In this document: one piece after another, positions 52,016-61,154 of the stretch
How the letters are laid out: every line of letters starts with the position of its first letter
Numbering within the stretch: the stretch's first letter is position 1
NCBI GenBank assembly: GCA_963822445.1
Contig: CAWGHO010000003.1
Location: forward strand, 128,001-192,000
Direction: 5' to 3'
From: an uncultured Acidobacteriota bacterium
GTDB taxonomy: Bacteria > Acidobacteriota > Thermoanaerobaculia > Gp7-AA8
Length of the DNA stretch: 64,000 nucleotides
Translations under genes and position numbers: made by a program
The notes under the pieces: model-generated
The model's input: the letters and a program-made list of their open reading frames with translations, nothing else
What the model was told of the DNA's origin: nothing
Databases searched by the model: none

Positions 52016-53152
52016 GTGACCGAACTTCCACTCAGCAGCGAACAGGGCGAATCGCGCCTCGAAGACGAGCTGGCCATCTGCCTCTCCGGCGGTGGCTACC
52101 GCGCCATGGTGTTTCACCTCGGCGTGCTCTGGTATCTGAACGACGCCGGATATCTGCCGAAGCTCGACCGCGTTTCCAGCGTTTCCGGCGGATCGATCAC
52201 CGCGGGCGTGCTGGCGACCCGTTGGAACCAACTAGCCTTCGACGCGCAGGGCCGCTCCTCCCAGTTCGCGAATCTCGTCGTCACTCCCGTCCGGAAGATG
52301 GCCAGCACCACCATCGACGCCGGCTCGGTCATCGTCGGCAGTCTCCTTCCCGGAACGAGTGTCAGCGATCGCATCATCAAGGCCTATCGCTCGACTCTCT
52401 TCGGCAACGCGACCCTGCAGGACATTCCGGACCGCCCGAAGTTCATCATCGGCGCGACGAACGTGCAGACGGGATCGCTCTTCCGCTTCTCGAAGGCCTA
52501 CCTGTCCGATTGGCGGATCGGCCGCGTGTTGTCACCGAAGACGGGAGTAGCCGAAGCGGTTGCGGCTTCCTCGGCGTTCCCTCCGGTTCTGTCGCCGGCG
52601 CGTCTCGACCTCAAACATTCGGACTGGACCGAGCTTCAGGGCGACGTTTGCGGCAAGCCGCCGTTCACGACGAAGCTCGTGCTCACCGACGCCGGCGTCT
52701 ACGACAACCTCGGCATCGAGCCGGTGTGGAAACGCTGCAAGCGGGTCCTCGTCAGCGACGCCGGCGGGCGCTATCAGCCCGAAGCCGATCCACACTCCGA
52801 TCCCCTGCGGCATGCGCTGCGCGTGCAGGCCACGATCGACAACCAGGTGCGCTCGCTGCGCAAACGCCAGGTCGTCGGGTCGTTCGTCGACAACAGCGAC
52901 GCGCACACCGGCACCTACTTCGGCATGTGGGTCAAGCCGGACGACTATCCCGTTCACGCGCCGAAGCTGCCGATCGACGCCAGGCGCGCCGACGAGCTCG
53001 CGCGCACGCCCACGCGGCTCGCCAAGATGTCGAATGAACTGCAGAATCGCCTGATCAACTTCGGATACGGAATGACCGAGCGCGCGATCCGCAGCTACTT
53101 CGACAAGACCGCCTTCGAGCCGACGGCGTTCCCGTGCCCGGGAGGCGTTTAG
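52016..53152 (+). CDS. Patatin-like phospholipase
   Basis: LSGGGYRA oxyanion motif, SSVSGGS nucleophile, ASSAFP, DAGVYDN; GGAGG RBS; no signal peptide. Confidence 0.9.
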   Translation: MTELPLSSEQGESRLEDELAICLSGGGYRAMVFHLGVLWYLNDAGYLPKLDRVSSVSGGSITAGVLATRWNQLAFDAQGRSSQFANLVVTPVRKMASTTIDAGSVIVGSLLPGTSVSDRIIKAYRSTLFGNATLQDIPDRPKFIIGATNVQTGSLFRFSKAYLSDWRIGRVLSPKTGVAEAVAASSAFPPVLSPARLDLKHSDWTELQGDVCGKPPFTTKLVLTDAGVYDNLGIEPVWKRCKRVLVSDAGGRYQPEADPHSDPLRHALRVQATIDNQVRSLRKRQVVGSFVDNSDAHTGTYFGMWVKPDDYPVHAPKLPIDARRADELARTPTRLAKMSNELQNRLINFGYGMTERAIRSYFDKTAFEPTAFPCPGGV

Positions 53153-53155
53153 ACG

Positions 53156-55102
53156 ATGGCCGATCCGATCTATCTCGAGCGCTGGCTGGTCGAGCAACTG
53201 CTGTTCGGCAGCGGCCATGTGCGGCGGTTCACGCAGGACTCACCGGTTCTGCCCGACGTCTGGATCGAGTACGCGACCGATCCCGCGAAGAAACAGGAGC
53301 AGGTCACGCGGCGCTACGCGAACGGCGCGCTCGATCTCCTGCTCTCGCCGTTCCGTGAAGCGAGGACGGGCGAGATCCGCGACGAATTGCGACAGCGCGT
53401 TCCGGCGGGCCGCATCGTCTACAACCAATCGACAGTGCTCGCGCGACTGACCTTCGAGGATCTCGTCCGCGGCGTGATTCCGATGACCGACTGGTGGGCG
53501 CGACTCACCAGCAAGTTCGACATCGCCGCGCTGCAGTCGGAAGCGGTGAAGAAGCATCTGTCCGAGAACGTGAAGGATCCCGAGCATCCCGCGCCGTTCG
53601 TCAACAAGGACCGGACGGTGGTCCTGCCACCGGACGTGCTCTGGATGATCCGCATCGTCGGCGCGATCAAGCTCGCTCACGAAGGAACGCTGCTCGATCC
53701 CGTCTTTCTCGATCCGAAGGCCGGACCGGGCAAAGCGACGGCGGAGCAATGGCGGCCGCTCGTCGATGCCGTCGCGCGTCTCCTGGAAGGTGTCACCGGA
53801 AGTCACGAGGCGAAGGTCCATACGATTTCCCTGAATCGCATCGCCCGCTCGACTATCTCCGGATCCGTGTTGGCGGTGAAAGCCGATGCGGCCCGGCAGC
53901 TCTTCACCGTGTCCTGCAAAGACATCCGCTGGGCCATTCTCGACAGCGGGATCGACGCGACGCATTCCGCGTTTCGCAAGCAGCGCAGGAAACGGAAAGG
54001 GGAGAGCGCGGCGCCGGAGGTGAAAGTCGAAGGCGGCACGCCCTTCGACGAATACGACAGCCGCATCCGCGAGACCTACGACTTCTCCAGCATTCACGAT
54101 CTGCTCGACGCGGACTCGATCCAGCTGCCGCCGCATCTCGTGCGCACAGCGGCCGGCGACGCCGCGAAGGAAAAGGAATTCACCGACGCGATCCACAAGG
54201 CGAACGAGTCGATGGAGGGCGGCCGGGCCATCGACTGGGGCGTGTTCGCGCCGCTGCTGCGAATCGCCCACGACGAGAATTACGAGACCCACAAGCACAT
54301 CCCCGCGGACTCCCTCGATCACGGCACGCACGTCGCCGGCATCCTCGGCGGCGACTGGAAGAAATCGCCGAAGAATGGGCTCGAGGAGGATCTCGTCGGC
54401 GTCTGTCCCGACATCGAGATGTACGACATCCGCATCCTCGACGATCAGGGCAACGGCGACGAGTTCACGGTCATGGCCGCGCTGCAGTTCGTGCGCTGGC
54501 TGAACGCCCGGCACGACTACATGGCCGTGCACGGCGTGAACATGAGTCTGTCCATTCCCCACGACGTCGCGAACTACGCCTGCGGCCGCACGCCGGTGTG
54601 CGATGAAGCGGAGCGCACGGTCTCGTCGGGAATCGTGGTCGTGGTCGCGGCGGGAAATCAGGGCTATCGGACATACACCACCGCCGACGGGATCTCCGCG
54701 AGTGCGTACAACACCATCAGCATCACCGATCCCGGCAACGCCGATCTGGTGATCACAGTCGGCGCGACGCATCGCGCGAGGCCACACACGTACGGCGTGA
54801 GCTACTTCTCCAGCCGCGGGCCGACCGGCGATGGCCGCCTGAAGCCGGACCTCGTCGCGCCCGGCGAGAAAATCACCGCGCCGTTGCCGAAAGGGATGTC
54901 CGGTCTGAAAGACGGAACGAGCATGGCCGCACCGCACGTGAGCGGCGCCGCGGCGATGCTGATGGCGCGGCACAATGAGCTGGTCGGCCGTCCGATGCGC
55001 ATCAAGGAGATCCTCTGCCAGACCGCAACAGACCTCGGACGCGAGCGCTACTTCCAGGGCGCGGGGATGCTCGACATCCTTCGCGCCATGCAGTCGGTGT
55101 GA
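53156..55102 (+). CDS. Cytoplasmic S8 (subtilisin-like) peptidase with long N-terminal domain
   Basis: Catalytic triad ILDSGID / HGTHVAG / GTSMAAPHVSG, oxyanion AAGN; no signal peptide. Confidence 0.92.
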   Translation: MADPIYLERWLVEQLLFGSGHVRRFTQDSPVLPDVWIEYATDPAKKQEQVTRRYANGALDLLLSPFREARTGEIRDELRQRVPAGRIVYNQSTVLARLTFEDLVRGVIPMTDWWARLTSKFDIAALQSEAVKKHLSENVKDPEHPAPFVNKDRTVVLPPDVLWMIRIVGAIKLAHEGTLLDPVFLDPKAGPGKATAEQWRPLVDAVARLLEGVTGSHEAKVHTISLNRIARSTISGSVLAVKADAARQLFTVSCKDIRWAILDSGIDATHSAFRKQRRKRKGESAAPEVKVEGGTPFDEYDSRIRETYDFSSIHDLLDADSIQLPPHLVRTAAGDAAKEKEFTDAIHKANESMEGGRAIDWGVFAPLLRIAHDENYETHKHIPADSLDHGTHVAGILGGDWKKSPKNGLEEDLVGVCPDIEMYDIRILDDQGNGDEFTVMAALQFVRWLNARHDYMAVHGVNMSLSIPHDVANYACGRTPVCDEAERTVSSGIVVVVAAGNQGYRTYTTADGISASAYNTISITDPGNADLVITVGATHRARPHTYGVSYFSSRGPTGDGRLKPDLVAPGEKITAPLPKGMSGLKDGTSMAAPHVSGAAAMLMARHNELVGRPMRIKEILCQTATDLGRERYFQGAGMLDILRAMQSV

Positions 55103-55113
55103 AAGGAAACTCA

Positions 55114-56262
55114 ATGTTCGTACTCGAAGCACTCCGCGCGAAACATGGCGACGCACTCCTGCTGCATTACGGAACGGAAGACAAACCGCGGCTGGCGGTG
55201 ATCGACGGCGGTCCCGGCGGCGTGTACGCCGACGCGGTCAAACCGCGATTGATGGAGATCCGCGAAGAGCGCGGACTCGAAGACGAGGACCCGCTGGAGA
55301 TCGAGCTGATGATGGTCAGCCATCTCGACGCGGATCACATCACCGGAATCCTCGAGCTCATGCGCGGCCTGCGCGATCTGACGGACAAGAAGAAGCCGCT
55401 GCCCTGGAAGATCGCGCGCTTCTGGCACAACGCCTTCGAAGACCTCACCGCCAGCGACGACACGACCGTCGCCTCGGTCGATTCAGGCTTGTCGCCGGCG
55501 TCCGTCGGCGGCCTTCTGGGGTTTGAAGGATCGAGCCTGCTGGCGAGCGTCGGCCAGGGCCGCGAGCTTCGTGACCTCGTGAAGCGCTTCGGCCTCGACG
55601 GCAACAAGCCCTTCAAATCGATCGTGAAATATCCGCACGCGAAGAATCCCGTCTCGTTGCCCGGGCTCGAGCTGACGGTCATCGGTCCCGACGAGCAGAA
55701 CCTCCAGAAGCTGCAGGAGGACTGGGACAAGAAGGTCAAGGCGCTGCTGGAGAAGAAGGACAAGGCCGCGAAAGCGGAGCTCGCGGCGTACGTCGACAGG
55801 TCGGTCTACAACCTCTCCAGCATCGTCGTGCTCGCGGAGGCCGACGGGAAGACGATGCTGCTCACCGGCGACGCGCGTGGCGATTACACCCTCACCGCAT
55901 TACGCGGCGCGGGGTTGCTGAAGGATGGGACGCCGCTCGAAGTCGACCTGCTGAAGCTTCCGCATCACGGCAGCGATCGCAACGTCGATCAGGATTACTT
56001 CGACAACCTTCGCGCGAGCCACTACGTGATCTCAGCGGACGGCAAGTACACCAACCCCGACGTAGCGACACTGGAGATGATCGCGAATTCGCGCACCGAC
56101 GACGACTTCACCATCTGGCTCGCCAATGCCCCGGAGGATTTCGCCGATGCCGCGGTGGGTGGGGAAGTCGCGAAGTTCTTCATGGATCAGAAGAAGGCCG
56201 GACGGAAGTTCAAGTTGATTTCGCGGGAGAAGGACGCGCTCGGCGTCACGATTGCGCTGTGA
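55114..56262 (+). CDS. Metallo-beta-lactamase-fold hydrolase (ComEC/Rec2-like motifs)
   Basis: HGDA, IDGG, SHLDADHITG, NLSS, LTGD, KLPHHGS; AAGGA RBS; no signal peptide. Confidence 0.88.
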   Translation: MFVLEALRAKHGDALLLHYGTEDKPRLAVIDGGPGGVYADAVKPRLMEIREERGLEDEDPLEIELMMVSHLDADHITGILELMRGLRDLTDKKKPLPWKIARFWHNAFEDLTASDDTTVASVDSGLSPASVGGLLGFEGSSLLASVGQGRELRDLVKRFGLDGNKPFKSIVKYPHAKNPVSLPGLELTVIGPDEQNLQKLQEDWDKKVKALLEKKDKAAKAELAAYVDRSVYNLSSIVVLAEADGKTMLLTGDARGDYTLTALRGAGLLKDGTPLEVDLLKLPHHGSDRNVDQDYFDNLRASHYVISADGKYTNPDVATLEMIANSRTDDDFTIWLANAPEDFADAAVGGEVAKFFMDQKKAGRKFKLISREKDALGVTIAL

Positions 56263-57877
56263 CGTCCTTGCGCATCTGCCACAAGAGATGCGACAGGTAC
56301 GCGCGACGGGCCTCGCCTGTCGTCACGATCAACAGCTTCGTGATCTTGAGCTCCAGCGGATCGGTGTAGAGCAGGATCAGCATCTCCCGGATGAAAGTCG
56401 TGCCGAGAGTGATGTCGTTGTCGGTGCCCACGCCGAGGCGAAGGCCTTTCTTTTCCCACCACGAAAACGGGTGATCGGCGTAATCGGTCAGCGCGCCGGT
56501 GAGCTTCTTGTTCGACGACGGCAGCGAGATCAGCGTCAGGCGCTTGTCGATCATCCGATTGAGGACGTCGTGCTGATACGTCTCGACTTCGCGCGCGTGA
56601 TGGAACTTCGTTTTCGTCGCCAGCGTCGCCTCGGCTTCGGTCAGCGGAACGCCTTGCAGAAGCTTCTCGCGGATCTCTTCGCGGCCGCTCGTGTCCATGT
56701 CCATCAGCTCCGCGTACTCGCGTGAGCTCGGGCGCATCGCTTCACCGCGGCGATTACCGCGGAGGATGCGCTGGAGCATGGAGTGGAAGTAGAAGTTCGG
56801 GTTGATGCCGAGGGAGAGGCCGTGCTCGATGGCGTCGACGTGCCAGATGTTCATGGCGTTGTCGACCGCCTGCACGCCGTGGCGCAGTGTGTTCCAGGTC
56901 TCGCCGTGATGGCTGCGCGTGCGGAAACCGTACGCCTGGAGCTTGCGCATGCCCACGCGCATTTCCTTGAAGTGGGCCTTCCGGTAGAAGCCGCGTTCGT
57001 TGCCGACCGTGTCGACTTCTGTGACCACATCCCGTAATTCGGGATGCTTCTTGAGCAGTTCCACGATCTGCTTCACCTGATCGTCGAAGCTGGCCCGCTT
57101 CGATGGATAGCGCGTGGCGTCGTAGAACCCCGGCTCCTTGCGGAAGCTCGGCGAGAGCACGAACTGGAATGACGGCACTTCGCTCTGAAACGCGCGGAAG
57201 CCTTCGTAGAGGCCGAGGAGCACATCTTCGGGAGTGAGTCCGGAGAGGCCGGGGATCTGTTCGGATGGATCGGTGGTCTCGCGGAAGAGCGTGAACTTGA
57301 GTCGCAGCGAGCCGACATTCGACGTGCGATGGAGGCGGCTGGCCATGTGATACGCCGCGTCGCGATGGGCGTCGCGCGTGGTGAGGATCAGTTTCGGTAG
57401 GTAGAGGATTTTCAGGTACTGGTCGAAGCGGTCTTCGTCGCGGAGGCGGACCAGGCGCTCAACGTCGGCGACGCTCTTGATGGGCAGGGCCTCCGCTCCA
57501 TACACCTCGCGGATCTTCTGTTCGTAAATGTGGCGTTGCGGGCCTTCGAGCAAGGCCTGCAGCCGCGGGTAGACAAAGTCCGCGGCCAGCGAGCCGGTGA
57601 GATGGATGTGCTCATCGCGGAAGGGGATCGGAAACCCGCGAAAGAATGCCTCCAGCGCGTGGGAAACGGGGTGGGCGAGCAGTACTTCGAGGGGGACGGT
57701 GTGCAGTCGAAAGCGACCGAGGAGCGCGCGAAACTCGCGCACGTGGGCGCCGAGCTCCGGATCGGCATCAGCCTGCGGTGATTGTTCCGCCAGCGCCAGC
57801 GTGTCGTCGATCGACAGCCCGCTGGTTTCGCTGATGAGATGCGTCAGAAAGCGGGTGATGCGGGGAACGGACTGCAT
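56246..57877 (-). CDS. Adenosine/AMP deaminase-like amidohydrolase
   Basis: HIHLTGS, HHGE, IEHG and GTDND metal-binding motifs. Confidence 0.8.
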   Translation of the reverse strand: MQSVPRITRFLTHLISETSGLSIDDTLALAEQSPQADADPELGAHVREFRALLGRFRLHTVPLEVLLAHPVSHALEAFFRGFPIPFRDEHIHLTGSLAADFVYPRLQALLEGPQRHIYEQKIREVYGAEALPIKSVADVERLVRLRDEDRFDQYLKILYLPKLILTTRDAHRDAAYHMASRLHRTSNVGSLRLKFTLFRETTDPSEQIPGLSGLTPEDVLLGLYEGFRAFQSEVPSFQFVLSPSFRKEPGFYDATRYPSKRASFDDQVKQIVELLKKHPELRDVVTEVDTVGNERGFYRKAHFKEMRVGMRKLQAYGFRTRSHHGETWNTLRHGVQAVDNAMNIWHVDAIEHGLSLGINPNFYFHSMLQRILRGNRRGEAMRPSSREYAELMDMDTSGREEIREKLLQGVPLTEAEATLATKTKFHHAREVETYQHDVLNRMIDKRLTLISLPSSNKKLTGALTDYADHPFSWWEKKGLRLGVGTDNDITLGTTFIREMLILLYTDPLELKITKLLIVTTGEARRAYLSHLLWQMRKDVTAQS

Positions 57878-57896
57878 CCGCGCATGCTAACGCGCG

Positions 57897-57946
57897 CTGG
57901 ACCGCCGGCGTCCGCGCCGGCTGTTGCGCCGGCGTCTCGCCGGCCA
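57897..57946. repeat. REP-like element (second family, degenerate)
   Basis: ggaccgccggcgtccgcgccggc...gccggcgtctcgccggc. Confidence 0.6.
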
Positions 57947-57970
57947 GGCAGGGGCGGTAGAATTCTGCTG

Positions 57971-58228
57971 TTGCCGGAGATCAGCCGCTTTCTCGGGATC
58001 GTCATCTTGATCAATTACAACGAACACGATCCGCCTCACTTTCATGCGCGTTACGGACGCGAGAAGATCTCCGTTCGCATCGCCGATGGCGTCGTGATTG
58101 GGACGTTTCCTCCTCGCGCGCTCAGTCATGTTCTCGAGTGGTGGAGCCTGCATCGCGCTGAGTTGGCCGAGAATTGGCAGCTCGCTCGCCAACGGATGCC
58201 GCTCAGGCGGATCGCGCCTCTGGAGTAG
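57971..58228 (+). CDS. DUF4160-family protein (putative TA component)
   Basis: PEISRFLGIVI...EHDPPHFHARYG...ELAENW...IAPLE. Confidence 0.85.
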   Translation: MPEISRFLGIVILINYNEHDPPHFHARYGREKISVRIADGVVIGTFPPRALSHVLEWWSLHRAELAENWQLARQRMPLRRIAPLE

Positions 58229-58231
58229 CTG

Positions 58232-58477
58232 ATGCTGATCGACGTCATCGAAGTCAGACACCTCCGCGATTTCACTCTCTGGGTGAAATTCGAGGATGGT
58301 AGTCAAGGCGAGATCGACCTGTCAGGAGAGCTCTACGGCCCTGTTTTCGAGCCCCTCCGGGACGTCGACTACTTCCGGCAGGTACGCGTCGATCCGGAAC
58401 TAGGCACGATCGTCTGGCCGAATGGTGCCGACCTCGCGCCTGAGTTTCTGTACGAGAAGGTGCACGTTCACGCCTGA
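58232..58477 (+). CDS. DUF2442-family protein (putative TA partner)
   Basis: LWVKFEDG...GPVFEPLRD...GTIVWPNGADLAPEFLY. Confidence 0.88.
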   Translation: MLIDVIEVRHLRDFTLWVKFEDGSQGEIDLSGELYGPVFEPLRDVDYFRQVRVDPELGTIVWPNGADLAPEFLYEKVHVHA

Positions 58478-58740
58478 CGCGCGCGCGCCCATTGCGCGAT
58501 CTCGTCCGCGCACGATCCGCACACCCGCCCCTTGATCGTGCTCGCCGCGGGCTCCTCGCGGATCTCGAAACCGCACCCAACGCAGTAGGAGTTCGGTACG
58601 GGCTCGATCTTCTCCTCATTCAGCTTCGCGACCATCGTGGCGATGCAGCGGTCGCAGACATACGCGGCGTGGCCCATGAATAGCTTCGCGACCTGCGAGC
58701 GATCGCGAAAGCAGAACGAGCAGCGGGCGCCTTGTTTCAT
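58468..58740 (-). CDS. ClpX-type C4 zinc-finger small protein with a second CxxC pair
   Basis: CSFC...VAKLFMG..AYVCDRC, then CVGC...CGSC. Confidence 0.75.
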   Translation of the reverse strand: MKQGARCSFCFRDRSQVAKLFMGHAAYVCDRCIATMVAKLNEEKIEPVPNSYCVGCGFEIREEPAASTIKGRVCGSCADEIAQWARARQA

Positions 58741-58850
58741 GAGTGTCACGTGGTACGGCCTGAAACCGCGCTTGTTGCGCGGCCGTATCCGGTAGACTGC
58801 GGGCCCGCAATTCGCACCCGCGACGCATCACCACTCATGAAAGGTTGCTA

Positions 58851-61097
58851 ATGAACCGATACTTCACCCGCGCTGGTGCGCTGGCTCTACTCCTGCTCGC
58901 CATCGCCGGCTGTGCAACGACAAACGACGTGACTACAGATACGACGACACAGACTGCCGCCATCCCCACTCCTGCCGCCGAACCGGCGCCTCCTGCGCCG
59001 GAGCCGACTCCAACGCCCACGTCAGCAACATCCGACAACGCACTGCTCGCGCGCTGGACCGGCCCGTACGGCGGCGTTCCTCCGTTCGACAAGGTTCGCG
59101 TCGCCGACTTCAAGCCCGCGCTCGAAGCGGCCATGGCCGACAACCTGGCCGAGGTCGATCGGATCGCGAAAGATCCCGCTGCGCCGACGTTCGAGAACAC
59201 CATCGTGGCCCTGGAGCGCGCCGGCCGCACGCTCGATCGCGTCGCCACGAGCTACGGCATCTGGAGCTCGAACATGTCCAACGACGAGTTCCAGGCCGTC
59301 GAGACGGAGATGGCGCCGAAGCTCGCCGCGTTCTCGGATCAGATCACGCAGAACGAAGCGCTGTTCCGCCGCATCGAGGCCATCTACAACTCGCCGCAGA
59401 AATCGAGCTGGACGCCCGAGCAGCAGCGCCTGGCCTGGATCTACTACACGAACTTCGTCCGCGCCGGCGCGAAGCTCGACGCGACCGCCAAAGCGAAGCT
59501 CTCCGAGATCAACCAGCAGCTCGCGGGTCTCTACACGAAGTTCGCGCAGAACGTGCTCGCCGACGAGAACGACCAGTTCCTCGTTCTCGAAAGCCAGGCC
59601 GACCTCGCCGGCCTGCCCGAATCGGTCCGCGCCGGTGCGGCCCGGGCGGCGGCGTCCAAGCAGCACGAGGGCAAGTGGGTCATCACCAACACCCGCTCCT
59701 CGATCGAGCCGTTCCTGACCTACTCCACGCGCCGCGATCTGCGCGAAAAGGCGTTCAAGATGTTCGTCAACCGCGGCGACAACGGCGGTGAGCGCGACAA
59801 CAACGCCATCATCACGGACATCCTCCAGCTCCGAGCCCAGCGGGCGAAGCTCCTCGGCTACAAGACCCACGCGCACTGGCGTCTCGAGAACACCATGGCC
59901 AAGACCCCCGAGCGCGCGCTCGAGCTCATGGAGCAGGTCTGGACGCCGGCCGCGGGACGCGTGAAGGAAGAAGTCGCGGACATGCAGCGCGTCGCGAATC
60001 GCGAAGGCGCGAAGATCACCATCGAGCCGTGGGACTACCGCTTCTACGCGGAGAAAGTCCGCAAAGAGAAATACGACCTCGACGAGAACGAAGTGAAGGA
60101 GTACCTGCAGCTCGACAAGCTCCGCGAGGGCATGTTCTGGGTCGCCGGCCAGCTCTTCAACTTCAACTTCACGCCGGTCGACAACGTACCGGTCTATCAC
60201 CCCGACGTGATGGTCTGGGAAGTCAAGGACAAGACCACCGGGCAGCACATCGGCCTCTGGTACTTCGATCCGTATGCACGCGAGGGCAAACAGTCCGGCG
60301 CGTGGATGAACGCGTATCGCAATCAGCATCGCGTCGACGACGCCGGTGCGGTCACGACGATCGTTTCCAACAACTCCAATTTCGTGAAGGGCGAGGCCGG
60401 CCAGCCGGTGCTCATCTCCTGGACGGATGCGGAGACGCTCTTCCACGAGTTCGGCCACGCGTTGCACGGGCTCTCCTCGAACGTCACCTATCCGTCGCTG
60501 TCCGGCACGAGCGTCGTGCGCGATTACGTCGAGTTCCCGTCGCAGCTGCTCGAGCACTGGGTGTCGACGCCGGAAGTGCTGAACAAGTTCGCGGTGCACC
60601 ACAAGACCGGCAAGCCGATTCCGGCGGAGCTGGTGGAGAAGATCGAGAACGCCTCGACCTTCAACGAGGGCTTCAAGACCGTCGAGTACCTCTCCAGCGC
60701 GATCGTCGACATGCGCCTGCATCTCGCCGGCGAGCAGCGCATCGATCCGGACAAGTTCGAGCGGGAGACACTCGAGCAACTGGGCATGCCGCGCGAGATC
60801 GTCATGCGCCACCGCACGCCGCAGTTCCTGCACGTGTTCGCCGGCGACGGGTATTCGGCCGGTTACTACAGCTATCTCTGGTCGGACGTCATCACCGCGG
60901 ATGCGGCCGAGGCGTTCACCGAGGGTGGTGGTTTGTACGATCCGGCGGTTGCGGCGCGGCTGCGGCAGCACATCTTCTCGGTAGGCAACACCATCGATCC
61001 AGCGGAAGGCTATCGCGCGTTCCGCGGACGCGACCCGCAGACCGGCGCGCTGATGCGCAAGCGCGGATTCGCGCGCGAGCGGCGCACGAAGAACTAA
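58851..61097 (+). CDS. dcp: M3A metallopeptidase (peptidyl-dipeptidase Dcp-like) lipoprotein
   Basis: Lipobox IAGC; PTFENT, GAWM, HEFGHALH, DYVEFPSQ, GYSAGYYSYLW, FRGRDP. Confidence 0.92.
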   Translation: MNRYFTRAGALALLLLAIAGCATTNDVTTDTTTQTAAIPTPAAEPAPPAPEPTPTPTSATSDNALLARWTGPYGGVPPFDKVRVADFKPALEAAMADNLAEVDRIAKDPAAPTFENTIVALERAGRTLDRVATSYGIWSSNMSNDEFQAVETEMAPKLAAFSDQITQNEALFRRIEAIYNSPQKSSWTPEQQRLAWIYYTNFVRAGAKLDATAKAKLSEINQQLAGLYTKFAQNVLADENDQFLVLESQADLAGLPESVRAGAARAAASKQHEGKWVITNTRSSIEPFLTYSTRRDLREKAFKMFVNRGDNGGERDNNAIITDILQLRAQRAKLLGYKTHAHWRLENTMAKTPERALELMEQVWTPAAGRVKEEVADMQRVANREGAKITIEPWDYRFYAEKVRKEKYDLDENEVKEYLQLDKLREGMFWVAGQLFNFNFTPVDNVPVYHPDVMVWEVKDKTTGQHIGLWYFDPYAREGKQSGAWMNAYRNQHRVDDAGAVTTIVSNNSNFVKGEAGQPVLISWTDAETLFHEFGHALHGLSSNVTYPSLSGTSVVRDYVEFPSQLLEHWVSTPEVLNKFAVHHKTGKPIPAELVEKIENASTFNEGFKTVEYLSSAIVDMRLHLAGEQRIDPDKFERETLEQLGMPREIVMRHRTPQFLHVFAGDGYSAGYYSYLWSDVITADAAEAFTEGGGLYDPAVAARLRQHIFSVGNTIDPAEGYRAFRGRDPQTGALMRKRGFARERRTKN

Positions 61098-61154
61098 GAG
61101 ACGTGAATCCCGGGTCGGGCCGTCATGGTTCGATCCGGGATACGCTCGCCGCGT

